This document shows positions 9,963 through 18,931 of a DNA stretch of 64,000 nucleotides, in pieces; positions within the stretch are counted from its first letter, which is position 1, and every line of letters starts with the position of its first letter. A model generated the notes under the pieces. The model was not told the origin of the DNA. It saw only the letters and a program-made list of their open reading frames with translations, and did not search any database. A program made the translations under genes and the position numbers. The stretch spans positions 960,001-1,024,000 of the forward strand of contig CAWGJT010000005.1 of NCBI GenBank assembly GCA_963822965.1, given 5' to 3'. This DNA is from an uncultured delta proteobacterium. GTDB taxonomy: Bacteria > Myxococcota_A > UBA9160 > UBA4427.

Positions 9963-11860
9963 CGGGAGACCTCCGAGCTGCGGAACCCCCGGAGGATACC
10001 GAGGACCGCGAGCCCGGCGAAGGCCAGCACCCAGGCTCGCGGCTCGGGAGCCGGCGTCAGGACGGTGACCCGAAGCCGCGACGGGCTCCCGGGCTCGTGC
10101 GCCGCGAGGGAGACCGCGCCCTCGTCCGGGGCGGCGTCCACCTCGAAGCCGAAGCGCGCCAGCATTCCCCAGTCCAGTGCGCGGCCCGCCGGCGCCTGCC
10201 AGGACACGGCGTTGCGCCCGATGGTGGCCGTCCAGGCGTTGTCCGGATCGTCGGCGAGACCGCTCGAGTCCACGGCCGTCACGGTCGTCCCGACCGGCCG
10301 GGGCACCCGGAAGCGCTCCACCTGCCGGTCGAAGTCGAAGTTCATGAGCGCGTACTCGTACCGGTGCACGCCGCCCCCCAGGTCCGTGGCGGCGGCGGCC
10401 AGCTGCAGGTGACCCTCACCGGGTTCGACCGTCCGACGTTCCGCGCCGGGGATCGTCTCGAGCACCGACCCGTTCGCGAACTCGCCCGCCGGCACGAAGC
10501 TCCAGGCGTCTCCCGACAGGAACGGAGCCACCGGGAGCCAGCCCATGCTGTTGAAGATGTCCACGTCGCCCTTCGTCACGTACCAGGCCTCGACGAAGTA
10601 GCTGGCGTCGAGCATGCCGAGGGAGTCGTCGGGCACCACGAGGCGGTGCTCGAAGGAATCGTGCCAGACCGTCGAGCCGTTCTGTCCGTAGTGGTCTCGG
10701 TAGTCGTCCGCGTCGTCGGTTGCGGGATTGCAGGGAGGCGTGCTCAGGGCGAGGCAGCGATCGAAGTGGGAGCCCACCCGCTGCCAGTCGCCGGTGTGGG
10801 CCGTCACCTCGTCCCGCGGCGCCAGGTAGAGGCGGTTCACGTTCGTCGATGCGCTGTAATCGTCCCCGCAGCCGGGATACAGGACGGGACCGGAGGCGCA
10901 GCTGCAGCCGAGGTTGAGGGCGCGGAAGGCGTGCTTGACGTCGCCGAGCCCGAGCTGCACCAGGCGACCGGCCGGGTCGAGCCGGTACACGGCCAGGGAG
11001 AGGTACGGGTGGGAGCCGACGGCGCCCCCCGGAAACTGCACGGGCGCGATGGCCTCGTACCAGGCGATCGAGCCCGGCCCGAGGTTCTCGAGGGAGGCGC
11101 CGACGGCGATCGCGACCCGCCCCCCTTCCTCGCGCGCCAGCTGGGATACCGAGTGCAGCAGGGTGAGGTGCACGTCCACCGGCAGGCCCGGGGTCTCGAC
11201 GCAGTCCGCTCCCGCGCCGGCGCCCGAGACGTCCTCGGGCGCCACCACCGCGGGCAGCCGCACGTTGGCGGTGCCCGCGAAGGCGCCCGCGAGGTCCGGA
11301 CGCCCCACGAGCGCCGCGAGCTCGGGCGAAACGTGGATCGACAGGTTGACCAGACGCAGCTCCTGGTCGGGGTACGACGCGGTGAACTGCATGGAGCGCA
11401 GGACGAAGAAGCGGCGTCCGTCGGCGTCGAGCCAGTCGAAGTCGTCGAGCCGCGCCTCCGCCGAGTCCCCCGGGCGAGAAGCCACTGCGAGCACGAACCC
11501 CCGCAGGTCCACGGGGGACGCGACGCCTCGCAGCTGCAGCACGAAGCCCCCCTCGTGGCTGAGCGCGCCGGAATCGAAGCGCTCGAAGTCGCCGTGGGGG
11601 GCGCGGAACTCGAGCAGGCTGGGGGGCACGCTGCGGAAGCTCGCACCCGGCGACTCCGGATCCTCGGCGCTCGGCTCGACGCCGACGACCTCGATGCCGA
11701 AGTCGCGCAGGGTTTCCAGGGAGAGATCGATCGAGGTGATCGCGCTCGACGCGGTCCAGCGATCGCCGTGGGCCCGGGCGGGCCCTGCGTTCGCGACGAC
11801 GAGCAGCAGCGCGAACGGGGCCAGGGCAGCGGGCAGCCAGCGACCGGAGCGGCGTTTCAC
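9959..11860 (-). CDS. Secreted Cys-rich hypothetical protein with PEP-CTERM-like tail
   Basis: Signal peptide, several Cys, C-terminus TPAPEPRAWVLAFAGLAVLGILRGFR; its stop overlaps the next start (GTGA). Confidence 0.75.
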   Translation of the reverse strand: MKRRSGRWLPAALAPFALLLVVANAGPARAHGDRWTASSAITSIDLSLETLRDFGIEVVGVEPSAEDPESPGASFRSVPPSLLEFRAPHGDFERFDSGALSHEGGFVLQLRGVASPVDLRGFVLAVASRPGDSAEARLDDFDWLDADGRRFFVLRSMQFTASYPDQELRLVNLSIHVSPELAALVGRPDLAGAFAGTANVRLPAVVAPEDVSGAGAGADCVETPGLPVDVHLTLLHSVSQLAREEGGRVAIAVGASLENLGPGSIAWYEAIAPVQFPGGAVGSHPYLSLAVYRLDPAGRLVQLGLGDVKHAFRALNLGCSCASGPVLYPGCGDDYSASTNVNRLYLAPRDEVTAHTGDWQRVGSHFDRCLALSTPPCNPATDDADDYRDHYGQNGSTVWHDSFEHRLVVPDDSLGMLDASYFVEAWYVTKGDVDIFNSMGWLPVAPFLSGDAWSFVPAGEFANGSVLETIPGAERRTVEPGEGHLQLAAAATDLGGGVHRYEYALMNFDFDRQVERFRVPRPVGTTVTAVDSSGLADDPDNAWTATIGRNAVSWQAPAGRALDWGMLARFGFEVDAAPDEGAVSLAAHEPGSPSRLRVTVLTPAPEPRAWVLAFAGLAVLGILRGFRSSEVSR

Positions 11861-11884
11861 GGCCCGAGCTTACCCCGGATCGTG

Positions 11885-14128
11885 CTATCCGCGCGGCCGG
11901 TTCACGAAGATGGGCGACGACCAGGCGCGCTCCTCGGTCTCCGACAGGCAGTCGTCGGAGCTCGGCCGGTCGAAGCAGGGGTGCACCTCCACGCATCGCC
12001 CGGACTCGTCGTAGCGGCAGCCGAGCGCGTCCACGTCCACGGCCAGGCTCGGCGCCTCGATGGCCCGCACGTAGTAGAGGGCGTCTCGGGCGGCGGTCGC
12101 ATACTCCTCGTCGCTGAAGGCCACCTGACAGCCTGCGGGATCCGCGGGGCAGGGCAGCACCTTCCAGGGATCGTCGATCAGCCCGCCGATCTCCTCGTCC
12201 GGGCTCTGCTGGGGACGGATGCGCACCACCTCGATGCGCGAGACGAGCCGCCGGCGGTCGGACGGGTTGTAGCATTCGCCCTGGCACAGACGGGCGAGAC
12301 GGTCCGGCTCCATGGCGTCGATGGCGTCGGCGGGACAGCCGGGCTTCTGCTCGAACGAGCCCACCGCCCGCACCTGGAAGATGGGGTTCCGCGCCAGGGA
12401 GACCTCGCTGCCCATGGGCATCGGCCGCCCGGCCGGCGCGTTCAGCAGGTCGAACCACAGCAGGATGCGCGGACCGCTGGTTCCGTAGACCTCGCGGCGC
12501 TTCAGCGCCTCCCAGATGGCGCCGCGGTCGCGCCCGGTGGCATGCACCGCCGCCAGCCCGCCGTTCAGGAAGAACGACGCCTGCCGCTCCGTCTCGAAGA
12601 CGAGGAAGGGCGCCTGGATGCTCGCGAGCTCCACCTTCTTCGATTCGGCCCGCGGCTCGCGGTCGGCCCCACGAGCCAGCGGGGTGTGGATGAAGTTGCC
12701 GAAGCGCGCCTCGGTGAACTCGGTGCGCGCCACCTCCTTGTAGCCGGTGCCGGGCCGGGCCGAGTGGTTGTCGCTCGAGGCGATGAACCCGAAGCGGAAG
12801 CGCAGGGGAGGTGCGTCGTCGTCCCCGTCCTCGTCCTTCCGGCTCAGCGCCATCATGTACTGCACGGAGCTCTTCGGGCGATAGTTGAAGGCCGGCTGAA
12901 AGCAGTCGCGACACTGGCCTGCGTCCTGCCAGTCGGCCACCTCCGTCCCGGGAACCGCCCCCGCACCGCCGTTGAAGGGAGCGTCGACGAAGTTCTGGCG
13001 CGCCTTCGCGGCGCGCTTCGCGCACTCGGCCGCGCTCTCCCCGGCCCCGAGACAACGCGCCTCGATGATCTCGCCGGCTCGCCAGCACGAGGGCAGGTAG
13101 CCCTCCTGCGGCTCGGGACACGACGAGGTGCCGTCCGCGTTCAGCTCGACCTCGTGGAACGGGCGGTACTCCTCGGAATTTCCGTGGCCCGAGAAGACCT
13201 CGACGATGCTCTGGCGAATGGGGTCTTGCTGCACGTGGGTGAGCTGCTTGTCCCACGAAGACCCGAGGGGCGTGTAGTAGCCCCAGGTGGTGCCGTGCGG
13301 GATCACCATCGACTCGACGCCCCAGTCGTCCAGCTTGTCGAAGAGCTGTCGGGGCGTGGGCGCCACCTCCCGGCAGTCCAGCGGAAGCTCCCGCACCGGG
13401 ACCCCGGCCGGGCAGTCCGGCACGCCTCCCGTCTCCGTCATGTAGCGGGCGAACGCGGGGCCACCCTCGTCGGACGAGGTCAACGCCAGCAGACCGAGGG
13501 TGAGCGAGGACGGGAGCCCCTCCGAGACGGAAGGCATGCCGGGTGGCGTTCCCGCGCTGATGGGTCGCGCCGGAATCCGCTCGTCGTCGAGGTGACGCAG
13601 GATGACGTTCTTGTGGCCCCAGTGGTTCGAGGGCTGGGTGCCGACCTGCGTCCACTCCCAGCCGAGGTAGGAGACGAGGTCCGGCGTGGCCGGGTCGCCG
13701 GAGACCTCGTTGCACTGGCGGATGGAATCGACCGTCTCCGCCCAGCGCCGCGGCGTCAGGGTGATGGCGTGGTCGGTGATGGACCAGAAGTCGAGGGCCG
13801 AGCAGTGGCGCGCGAAGTCGCAGGCATCGGCGACGGGATGGGCGCCGTCGCCCCCGGCCATGGGCAGGCTCATCTGGAAGGCGTCGAAGGAGAAGGTCGT
13901 GTGGACGTGGAGGTCGCCGAAGAGGATCTGCTTGGGTCGCGCCACCCCGACGTCGTGGGCGGCGTCGGCGATGGCCTGCGCGCGGTGGGCGACGACGCCC
14001 GGGCTGACGGCACGGGCCTCGGGACTTCCGGCGCCCTGCGGTGCCACGAACACCCCGTGCCCGAGCAGCGCCAGGGTGACGAGCAGGGCCGCGGCCAGCA
14101 GCACAACGACGGCGAAGGCTCGGAACAT
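11885..14128 (-). CDS. DUF3604 domain-containing protein (PHP-like fold)
   Basis: ILFGDLHVHTTFSFDA, LDFWSITDH, GWEWT, FGFIASSDNH, ALKRREVYGTSGPRI, ERAWSSPIF. Confidence 0.85.
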   Translation of the reverse strand: MFRAFAVVVLLAAALLVTLALLGHGVFVAPQGAGSPEARAVSPGVVAHRAQAIADAAHDVGVARPKQILFGDLHVHTTFSFDAFQMSLPMAGGDGAHPVADACDFARHCSALDFWSITDHAITLTPRRWAETVDSIRQCNEVSGDPATPDLVSYLGWEWTQVGTQPSNHWGHKNVILRHLDDERIPARPISAGTPPGMPSVSEGLPSSLTLGLLALTSSDEGGPAFARYMTETGGVPDCPAGVPVRELPLDCREVAPTPRQLFDKLDDWGVESMVIPHGTTWGYYTPLGSSWDKQLTHVQQDPIRQSIVEVFSGHGNSEEYRPFHEVELNADGTSSCPEPQEGYLPSCWRAGEIIEARCLGAGESAAECAKRAAKARQNFVDAPFNGGAGAVPGTEVADWQDAGQCRDCFQPAFNYRPKSSVQYMMALSRKDEDGDDDAPPLRFRFGFIASSDNHSARPGTGYKEVARTEFTEARFGNFIHTPLARGADREPRAESKKVELASIQAPFLVFETERQASFFLNGGLAAVHATGRDRGAIWEALKRREVYGTSGPRILLWFDLLNAPAGRPMPMGSEVSLARNPIFQVRAVGSFEQKPGCPADAIDAMEPDRLARLCQGECYNPSDRRRLVSRIEVVRIRPQQSPDEEIGGLIDDPWKVLPCPADPAGCQVAFSDEEYATAARDALYYVRAIEAPSLAVDVDALGCRYDESGRCVEVHPCFDRPSSDDCLSETEERAWSSPIFVNRPRG

Positions 14129-14237
14129 GACCGGAAGACTCCTTCCTCTGCGGGACGGGCGCGCGTCGAGACTGCGCTTCGGGACGAACGCGCGAAGCGT
14201 GTATTCTCCTCGCGTGCCTCGCAGCGGCTCTCGCTAC

Positions 14238-16295
14238 ATGCTCCGCCTTCGCTTGCTATGCGGCCGGATGCTGCTCGCGGCGCTCGCCTCGATGATGGCA
14301 CAATCGACGGCGACTGCGGGTTCGGCACCCGACCCCGACCGGGAGGCGTCCGACTTCGCGCGCGCCTTCGATCGCGAGACGAACGGCGTCTTCTCCCGCC
14401 TGGTGGCGCACGGGGATGCCGCCGACACCCTGAGCCACTATGCCTCACTCGTGGCCGCGTGGGTGAAGATCGAGGATGCCTTCTACGAGGCGTACTCCCC
14501 CCACGCGAACACGCTGCCCGGCTGGTACGCGGAGCAGCTCGTCGCCATGGGGCTTGCGGACCTCGACCGTGGGACGCCCGGTGCCGAGGAGCTGCTGCGC
14601 CGGGAGCTCGAGAGCGGCGACTTCGACCGGGTGGTCCACGCCTTCTACGTGGTGAGCGTGAGCCGGCTGCCCCTGGTGCAGGGCGAGACGCCCACCCCCC
14701 TGTGGACCACGATGATCGACGTCGCGCGCGGCGACGCCGGGAACCGCTACTGGATCTCGCTCGCACTCGCCGAGTCGAAGAGGCTGCCGCCCTACGCCTA
14801 CGAGCGCATGCACACCAGGATGGCTTCGCCCACCGAATCCGTGCGCGAGCGCATCGGCCGCAACGCCCGGGCTCTCGGGCCGCGACTGCCCCGGGTGCTG
14901 GGCGTCGGACGGAACGACGTGAACGTCTCGCACCAGCTCATCGTCGATGCGCTCGTCGCGGCGGCGGCGCGGGTGCACGAGCACGAGCTGCTGGCGCTCG
15001 GCGGCCCTGCCGCCTATGCGGCCGTCCGGGACGAGCTGGCCCGGCTGGAGACGGGCACCTTCGATTCGCGGCGCTTCCTGGCCCTGATGAACGAGGACCT
15101 GCCGCTGCTGCTCGAGCACTTCGGGCTGCCCGACGACCCGGAGGCGATGCTCGAGACGCTGCGGATGTTGTGCCGCGGGCGCGGCTCCAACCGCATGCTG
15201 CTGTGGGACGCGGCAGACGACCTGGCCCGGCGCTACCAGCCGCTCCTGGCCGCGCGCCAGCCGGCCCCGCAGAAGGAGGCGCTGCCCGATGCGGCGGAAG
15301 TGCCGCCGGTGCTCGACGCCACCGGTCCCGAGGAGAGCCCGCACGCGGTGGCCTCGCGGGCGGCGCTCGCCGCCATCGAGGAGGAGCTCGCCGCGGTGGA
15401 GCATGCCGAGGGCTTCGAACGGGCCTTCGGCCGCTACCGGCAGGCGAGCGCGGACGGCCTCGTCCCCCGCCGAGGCCTGACCCCCGGCTTCGTGACCGAG
15501 CTCGCCGGCGCTGCGACGCGGGTGCTCGGCGCCGAGGCGGCGCGCGCCGACGTCCTGGCGGCGCGGGTGAACGACGCGACGAGCGTCCGCGACCAGGCGA
15601 GCCGCGAGATCGAGGCCGCCGAGGCCGAGGTGGCGCGCGCCAACGATGCCGTCCGCGAGGCCAACGCGGCCCTCGCCGCCGCCGAGGAGAAGCAGAAGGC
15701 GGAGCTCGCCGCCCGCAACGACGCGGTCGCCTCGCTGAACGCGCTCATCGAGCGCGCGGAGGCCGCCCGGCGGAGCGGCAGCGCCGACCTCGAGGCCGCG
15801 GCCGCGGCGAAGCGCGAAGCGGAGCTCGACCCCGAGATCCAGCGCCACGAGGCGGCCTACCGCGTCGCGGCCGCCGAGGCGGCCGCCGCAGAGCAGCGGG
15901 CGGCCGACGAGCTGGACCGCGCCCGTCGCGAGCAGGCGCGCGCTCGGGCGGCCGTCGATCGGGAGAACGAGGCCGGCGAGGCGCTGCGTCGCGCCGAGAC
16001 CGAGCTGCAGCAGAGCCGCGCACTCTTCCGCGAGATCGGCCGGCGGCTCGTCGCCGGCCTCGGCTTCGCGGGCGTGCGCGGCGATCCGGAAGCCGTGGGC
16101 GACCCCGCCCGCTCCCGCGACGAGCGGCTCGCGGGCCTGGCCCTGCTGCTGCAATCCGGTGGAGCGCTCGACGCGGACACGGCGGCCGCCGTCGAGCGGG
16201 AGCGCGACGGTGGCGACCCGACGATCGCCGCCGTGGCCGCCCTCGTCGGCCGCGTGCCGGCAGACATCCAGACGGCCGGCGCGCGAGCCCGCTAG
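14238..16295 (+). CDS. Hypothetical exported protein with a long Ala/Glu/Arg-rich coiled coil
   Basis: Long open frame with a signal-peptide-like N-terminus and a heptad-rich C-terminal half. Start uncertain (14238 or 14268). Confidence 0.6.
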   Translation: MLRLRLLCGRMLLAALASMMAQSTATAGSAPDPDREASDFARAFDRETNGVFSRLVAHGDAADTLSHYASLVAAWVKIEDAFYEAYSPHANTLPGWYAEQLVAMGLADLDRGTPGAEELLRRELESGDFDRVVHAFYVVSVSRLPLVQGETPTPLWTTMIDVARGDAGNRYWISLALAESKRLPPYAYERMHTRMASPTESVRERIGRNARALGPRLPRVLGVGRNDVNVSHQLIVDALVAAAARVHEHELLALGGPAAYAAVRDELARLETGTFDSRRFLALMNEDLPLLLEHFGLPDDPEAMLETLRMLCRGRGSNRMLLWDAADDLARRYQPLLAARQPAPQKEALPDAAEVPPVLDATGPEESPHAVASRAALAAIEEELAAVEHAEGFERAFGRYRQASADGLVPRRGLTPGFVTELAGAATRVLGAEAARADVLAARVNDATSVRDQASREIEAAEAEVARANDAVREANAALAAAEEKQKAELAARNDAVASLNALIERAEAARRSGSADLEAAAAAKREAELDPEIQRHEAAYRVAAAEAAAAEQRAADELDRARREQARARAAVDRENEAGEALRRAETELQQSRALFREIGRRLVAGLGFAGVRGDPEAVGDPARSRDERLAGLALLLQSGGALDADTAAAVERERDGGDPTIAAVAALVGRVPADIQTAGARAR

Positions 16296-16393
16296 TGTCC
16301 CGTTCCAGCCGCGCTACGGCGACGGAAGCGCAACGCAGGCAGCGGGCCGCGGGGGCGGCCGAATGCAGGCGAACTTCTGGGACGGGACACTAG
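16292..16393. mobile_element. MITE-like element: 94-bp core with 13-bp terminal inverted repeats, flanked by duplicated CTAG
   Basis: CTAG|TGTCCCGTTCCAG (16292-16308) ... CTGGGACGGGACA|CTAG (16377-16393); the TIRs match at 12/13. Confidence 0.6.
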
Positions 16394-17515
16394 ATCCCCA
16401 CGAGGCCCGCCAGCCGCTCGCGGTGGTGGACGGCGTCGCCGAACAGCAGCTCGCTGGCCTTCGCGCGCTTGAAGTACAGGTGCGCGGGATGCTCCCAGGT
16501 GAAGCCCATCCCGCCGTGGATCTGGATGGTCTCGGCGGCGGCGCGGAAGTAGGCCTCCGAGCAGTAGGACTTCGCGAGCGCGGCGGACTCCGCCAGATCC
16601 GGGGCTTCCTCCGCGGCCGCGAAGCAGGCGTTGTAGGCCGCGGACTTGGCGAGCTCGACCTCCACCAGCATGTCGGCGCACTTGTGCTTGATCGCCTGGT
16701 AGGAGCCGATGGGCCGGCCGAACTGCAGCCGGGTCTTCGCGTAGTCCACGGACATCTCGAGGCACTTCTGCGCGCCGCCCACCTGCTCGGCGGCCAGCGC
16801 CGCGAGGGTCAGCGTGATCGCCCGGTCGATGGCTTCGCGTTGCGTCGGGCGCGCTCACGAGGCGCGCCGGAGCCTCCTGCAGATCGATCCGTGCGAGCTT
16901 GCGCGTCAGGTCCAGGGACGGGCACGAGCGTGCGCGTCACGCCCGCGGCGCCCGGCGTCCACCCGGAACAGCCCGAGGCCCGCGTCGGTCCTGCGCCACC
17001 ACCAGCAGCACGTCGGCCACGTGACCGTCGAGCACCCACGTCTTGGCGCCCGTCAGCGTGTGTCCGTCGGCGGAGCGCGCGGCGCGCAGGGTGACGCCGT
17101 CCAGATCCCAGCGCCCGTTGGGCTCGGCGTGGGCGACGGACACGAGGGTGCCCCCGGAAGCGATGCCCGCCAGCAGCTCCTTCCGGGTGGTCTCGTCGGC
17201 GGCGAGCATCAGCGCGTTCGCCGACGAGCACGGCGGTCCCGAGGAAGGGGAGCACAGGCGAGCGCGCGGCCCATCTCCTCCATGGCGATCAGCAGCTCGA
17301 CGTAGCCGTAGCCGGCGCCGCCGTGCTCCTCGGGAACGATCAGGCCGGCCAGCCCGAGCTGCTCGGCCATCTGCTTCCAGACGTCCGGGTCGAAGCCCCG
17401 CTCGCTGGCCATGGCGGCTGCGCACGGCCGTCTCGTCGGATCGGTTCTCGAGGAAGGCGCGGATCGTCGCGCGCAGCTCCTCGTGCTCGTCGGTGAAGCT
17501 GAAGTCGAAAGCCAT
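16390..17515 (-). CDS. Acyl-CoA dehydrogenase, multiple frameshifts
   Basis: MAFDFSFTDEHEELRATIRAFL, VPEEHGGAG, LTGAKTWVLDG, R.QFGRPIGSYQAIKHKCADM and IQIHGGMGFTWEH are spread across different frames. Confidence 0.85.
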
Positions 17516-17561
17516 CGCTGTCTCCGTGTCTCGGTGGGTTCGCGGGCGGCGCGCCCTGCGG

Positions 17562-18791
17562 TCAGGAGCGGGGCACGTCCTTCCAGGCCACTTCCTTGTC
17601 GACGCGGGGCTCGCCGGGCAGCCCCAGCACCCGCTCGCCGAGGATGTTGCGCATGATCTCCGAGGTGCCGCCCTCGATGGAGTTCGCCCGGGAGCGCAGG
17701 AACTGGTACTTCGCGAGCGGTCGGGCGTGTCGGCGCGCGGCTGGCTCTGGCGCAGCTCGTAGCCCGCCTCGAAGGCGAGCCCGTCGCTCCCCATGCACGT
17801 CGATGGCCGTCTCCCAGAGCCGCTTGTTGAGCTCGGCGTGCGCCAGCTTCGAGACGGAGCCCTCGGGCCCCGGATTGCCGGCCTTCTGGGCCGCGCGGGC
17901 GCGCTGCGCGGTGATCCGCAGCAGCTCGCTCTCGATGTAGCAGCGCGTGATGCGGTCGCGCAGCAGCGCCTCCTGGGCCGGAGAGTGTGCGCCGGGCGTC
18001 GCGCTCCTCCCACAGCTTGCGCAGCTGCGAGACCGGGCCGCCGCCCTTCCTGCGCGAGACGCCGCCGCCGATCGCGACCCGCTCGTTCATCAGCGTCGTG
18101 ATGGCGACGCGCCAGCCCTGCCCTTCCCGCCCGAGCATGCGGTCGTGGGGAATGCGCACGTCGTTCAGGAAGACCTCGTTGAACTCGGCCTCGCCGGTGA
18201 TCTGGTAGAGGGGGCGCACCTCGACGCCCGGGGCGTGCATGTCGAGCACGAAGTACGAGAGACCGTCGTGCTTGGGAACGTCCGGGTTCGTGCGCGCCAG
18301 CAGCATGCCCCAGCGCGAGAGGTGCGCGACCGTCGTCCACACCTTCTGGCCGTTCACGACCCAGTCGTCGCCGTCGCGCACCGCGCGGGTGGAGAGGCCG
18401 GCCACGTCGGAGCCGGCGCCCGGCTCGCTGAAGAGCTGGCACCACACGTCCTCGCCCGAGAAGATGCGGGGCAGCAACGCCTTCTTCATCTCCTCGGTGC
18501 CGTAGGTGAGGACGACCGGCGCGCCCATGCCGATGCCGATGATGCTGGCGGGCGGATCGCCGTGCACGACCTTCGAGTGCTTTGCGATCTCGTCCTGGAC
18601 CACGACGTTCATCTTCGGGCTGAGCCCGAGCCCGCCGTAGCCCTTCCGGAAAGTGCACCCAGGCCAGCCCGTGCTCGTACTGCCGGCGGCGGAACGTCAC
18701 GCTGTCCGCCTGCTTCGGGGTGGATCTCGTCGAGCAGGGCGCGGGTGCGCTCGCGCAGCTCCTCTTCGCTCATCGTGCGGTGCTCGGCCAT
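17562..18791 (-). CDS. Acyl-CoA dehydrogenase, multiple frameshifts
   Basis: WCQLFSEPGAGSDVAGL, VNGQKVWTT, EFNEVFL, TTLMNER and SIEGGTSEIMRNILGERVLGLP occur across frames. Confidence 0.88.
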
Positions 18792-18931
18792 CTTCGTCCT
18801 CCCTGGCGCGGCGACGCCGGTCGCGGCGCGCGACCCACGACTCTATCGCATCCGGAAGCGGCTCCTGCTGGCACCCCCTGCCCCCTCGCGCTACGCACTC
18901 CTCCGGGCAGAGGCCCATCGAGAGGCGAACC

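Noticed and set aside
10097..16393. 2098-aa + strand ORF, and similar giant ORFs at 17947-22893, 22893-26672 and 51402-54467
   Set aside because: These are shadow frames of real genes in high-GC DNA: Arg/Gly/Pro-rich, with no motifs, and overlapping well-supported CDSs.
16390..18791. Programmed frameshifting in the ACAD pair and other broken genes
   Set aside because: There are many indels per gene at non-slippery sites, clustered by region; sequencing error is far more likely.
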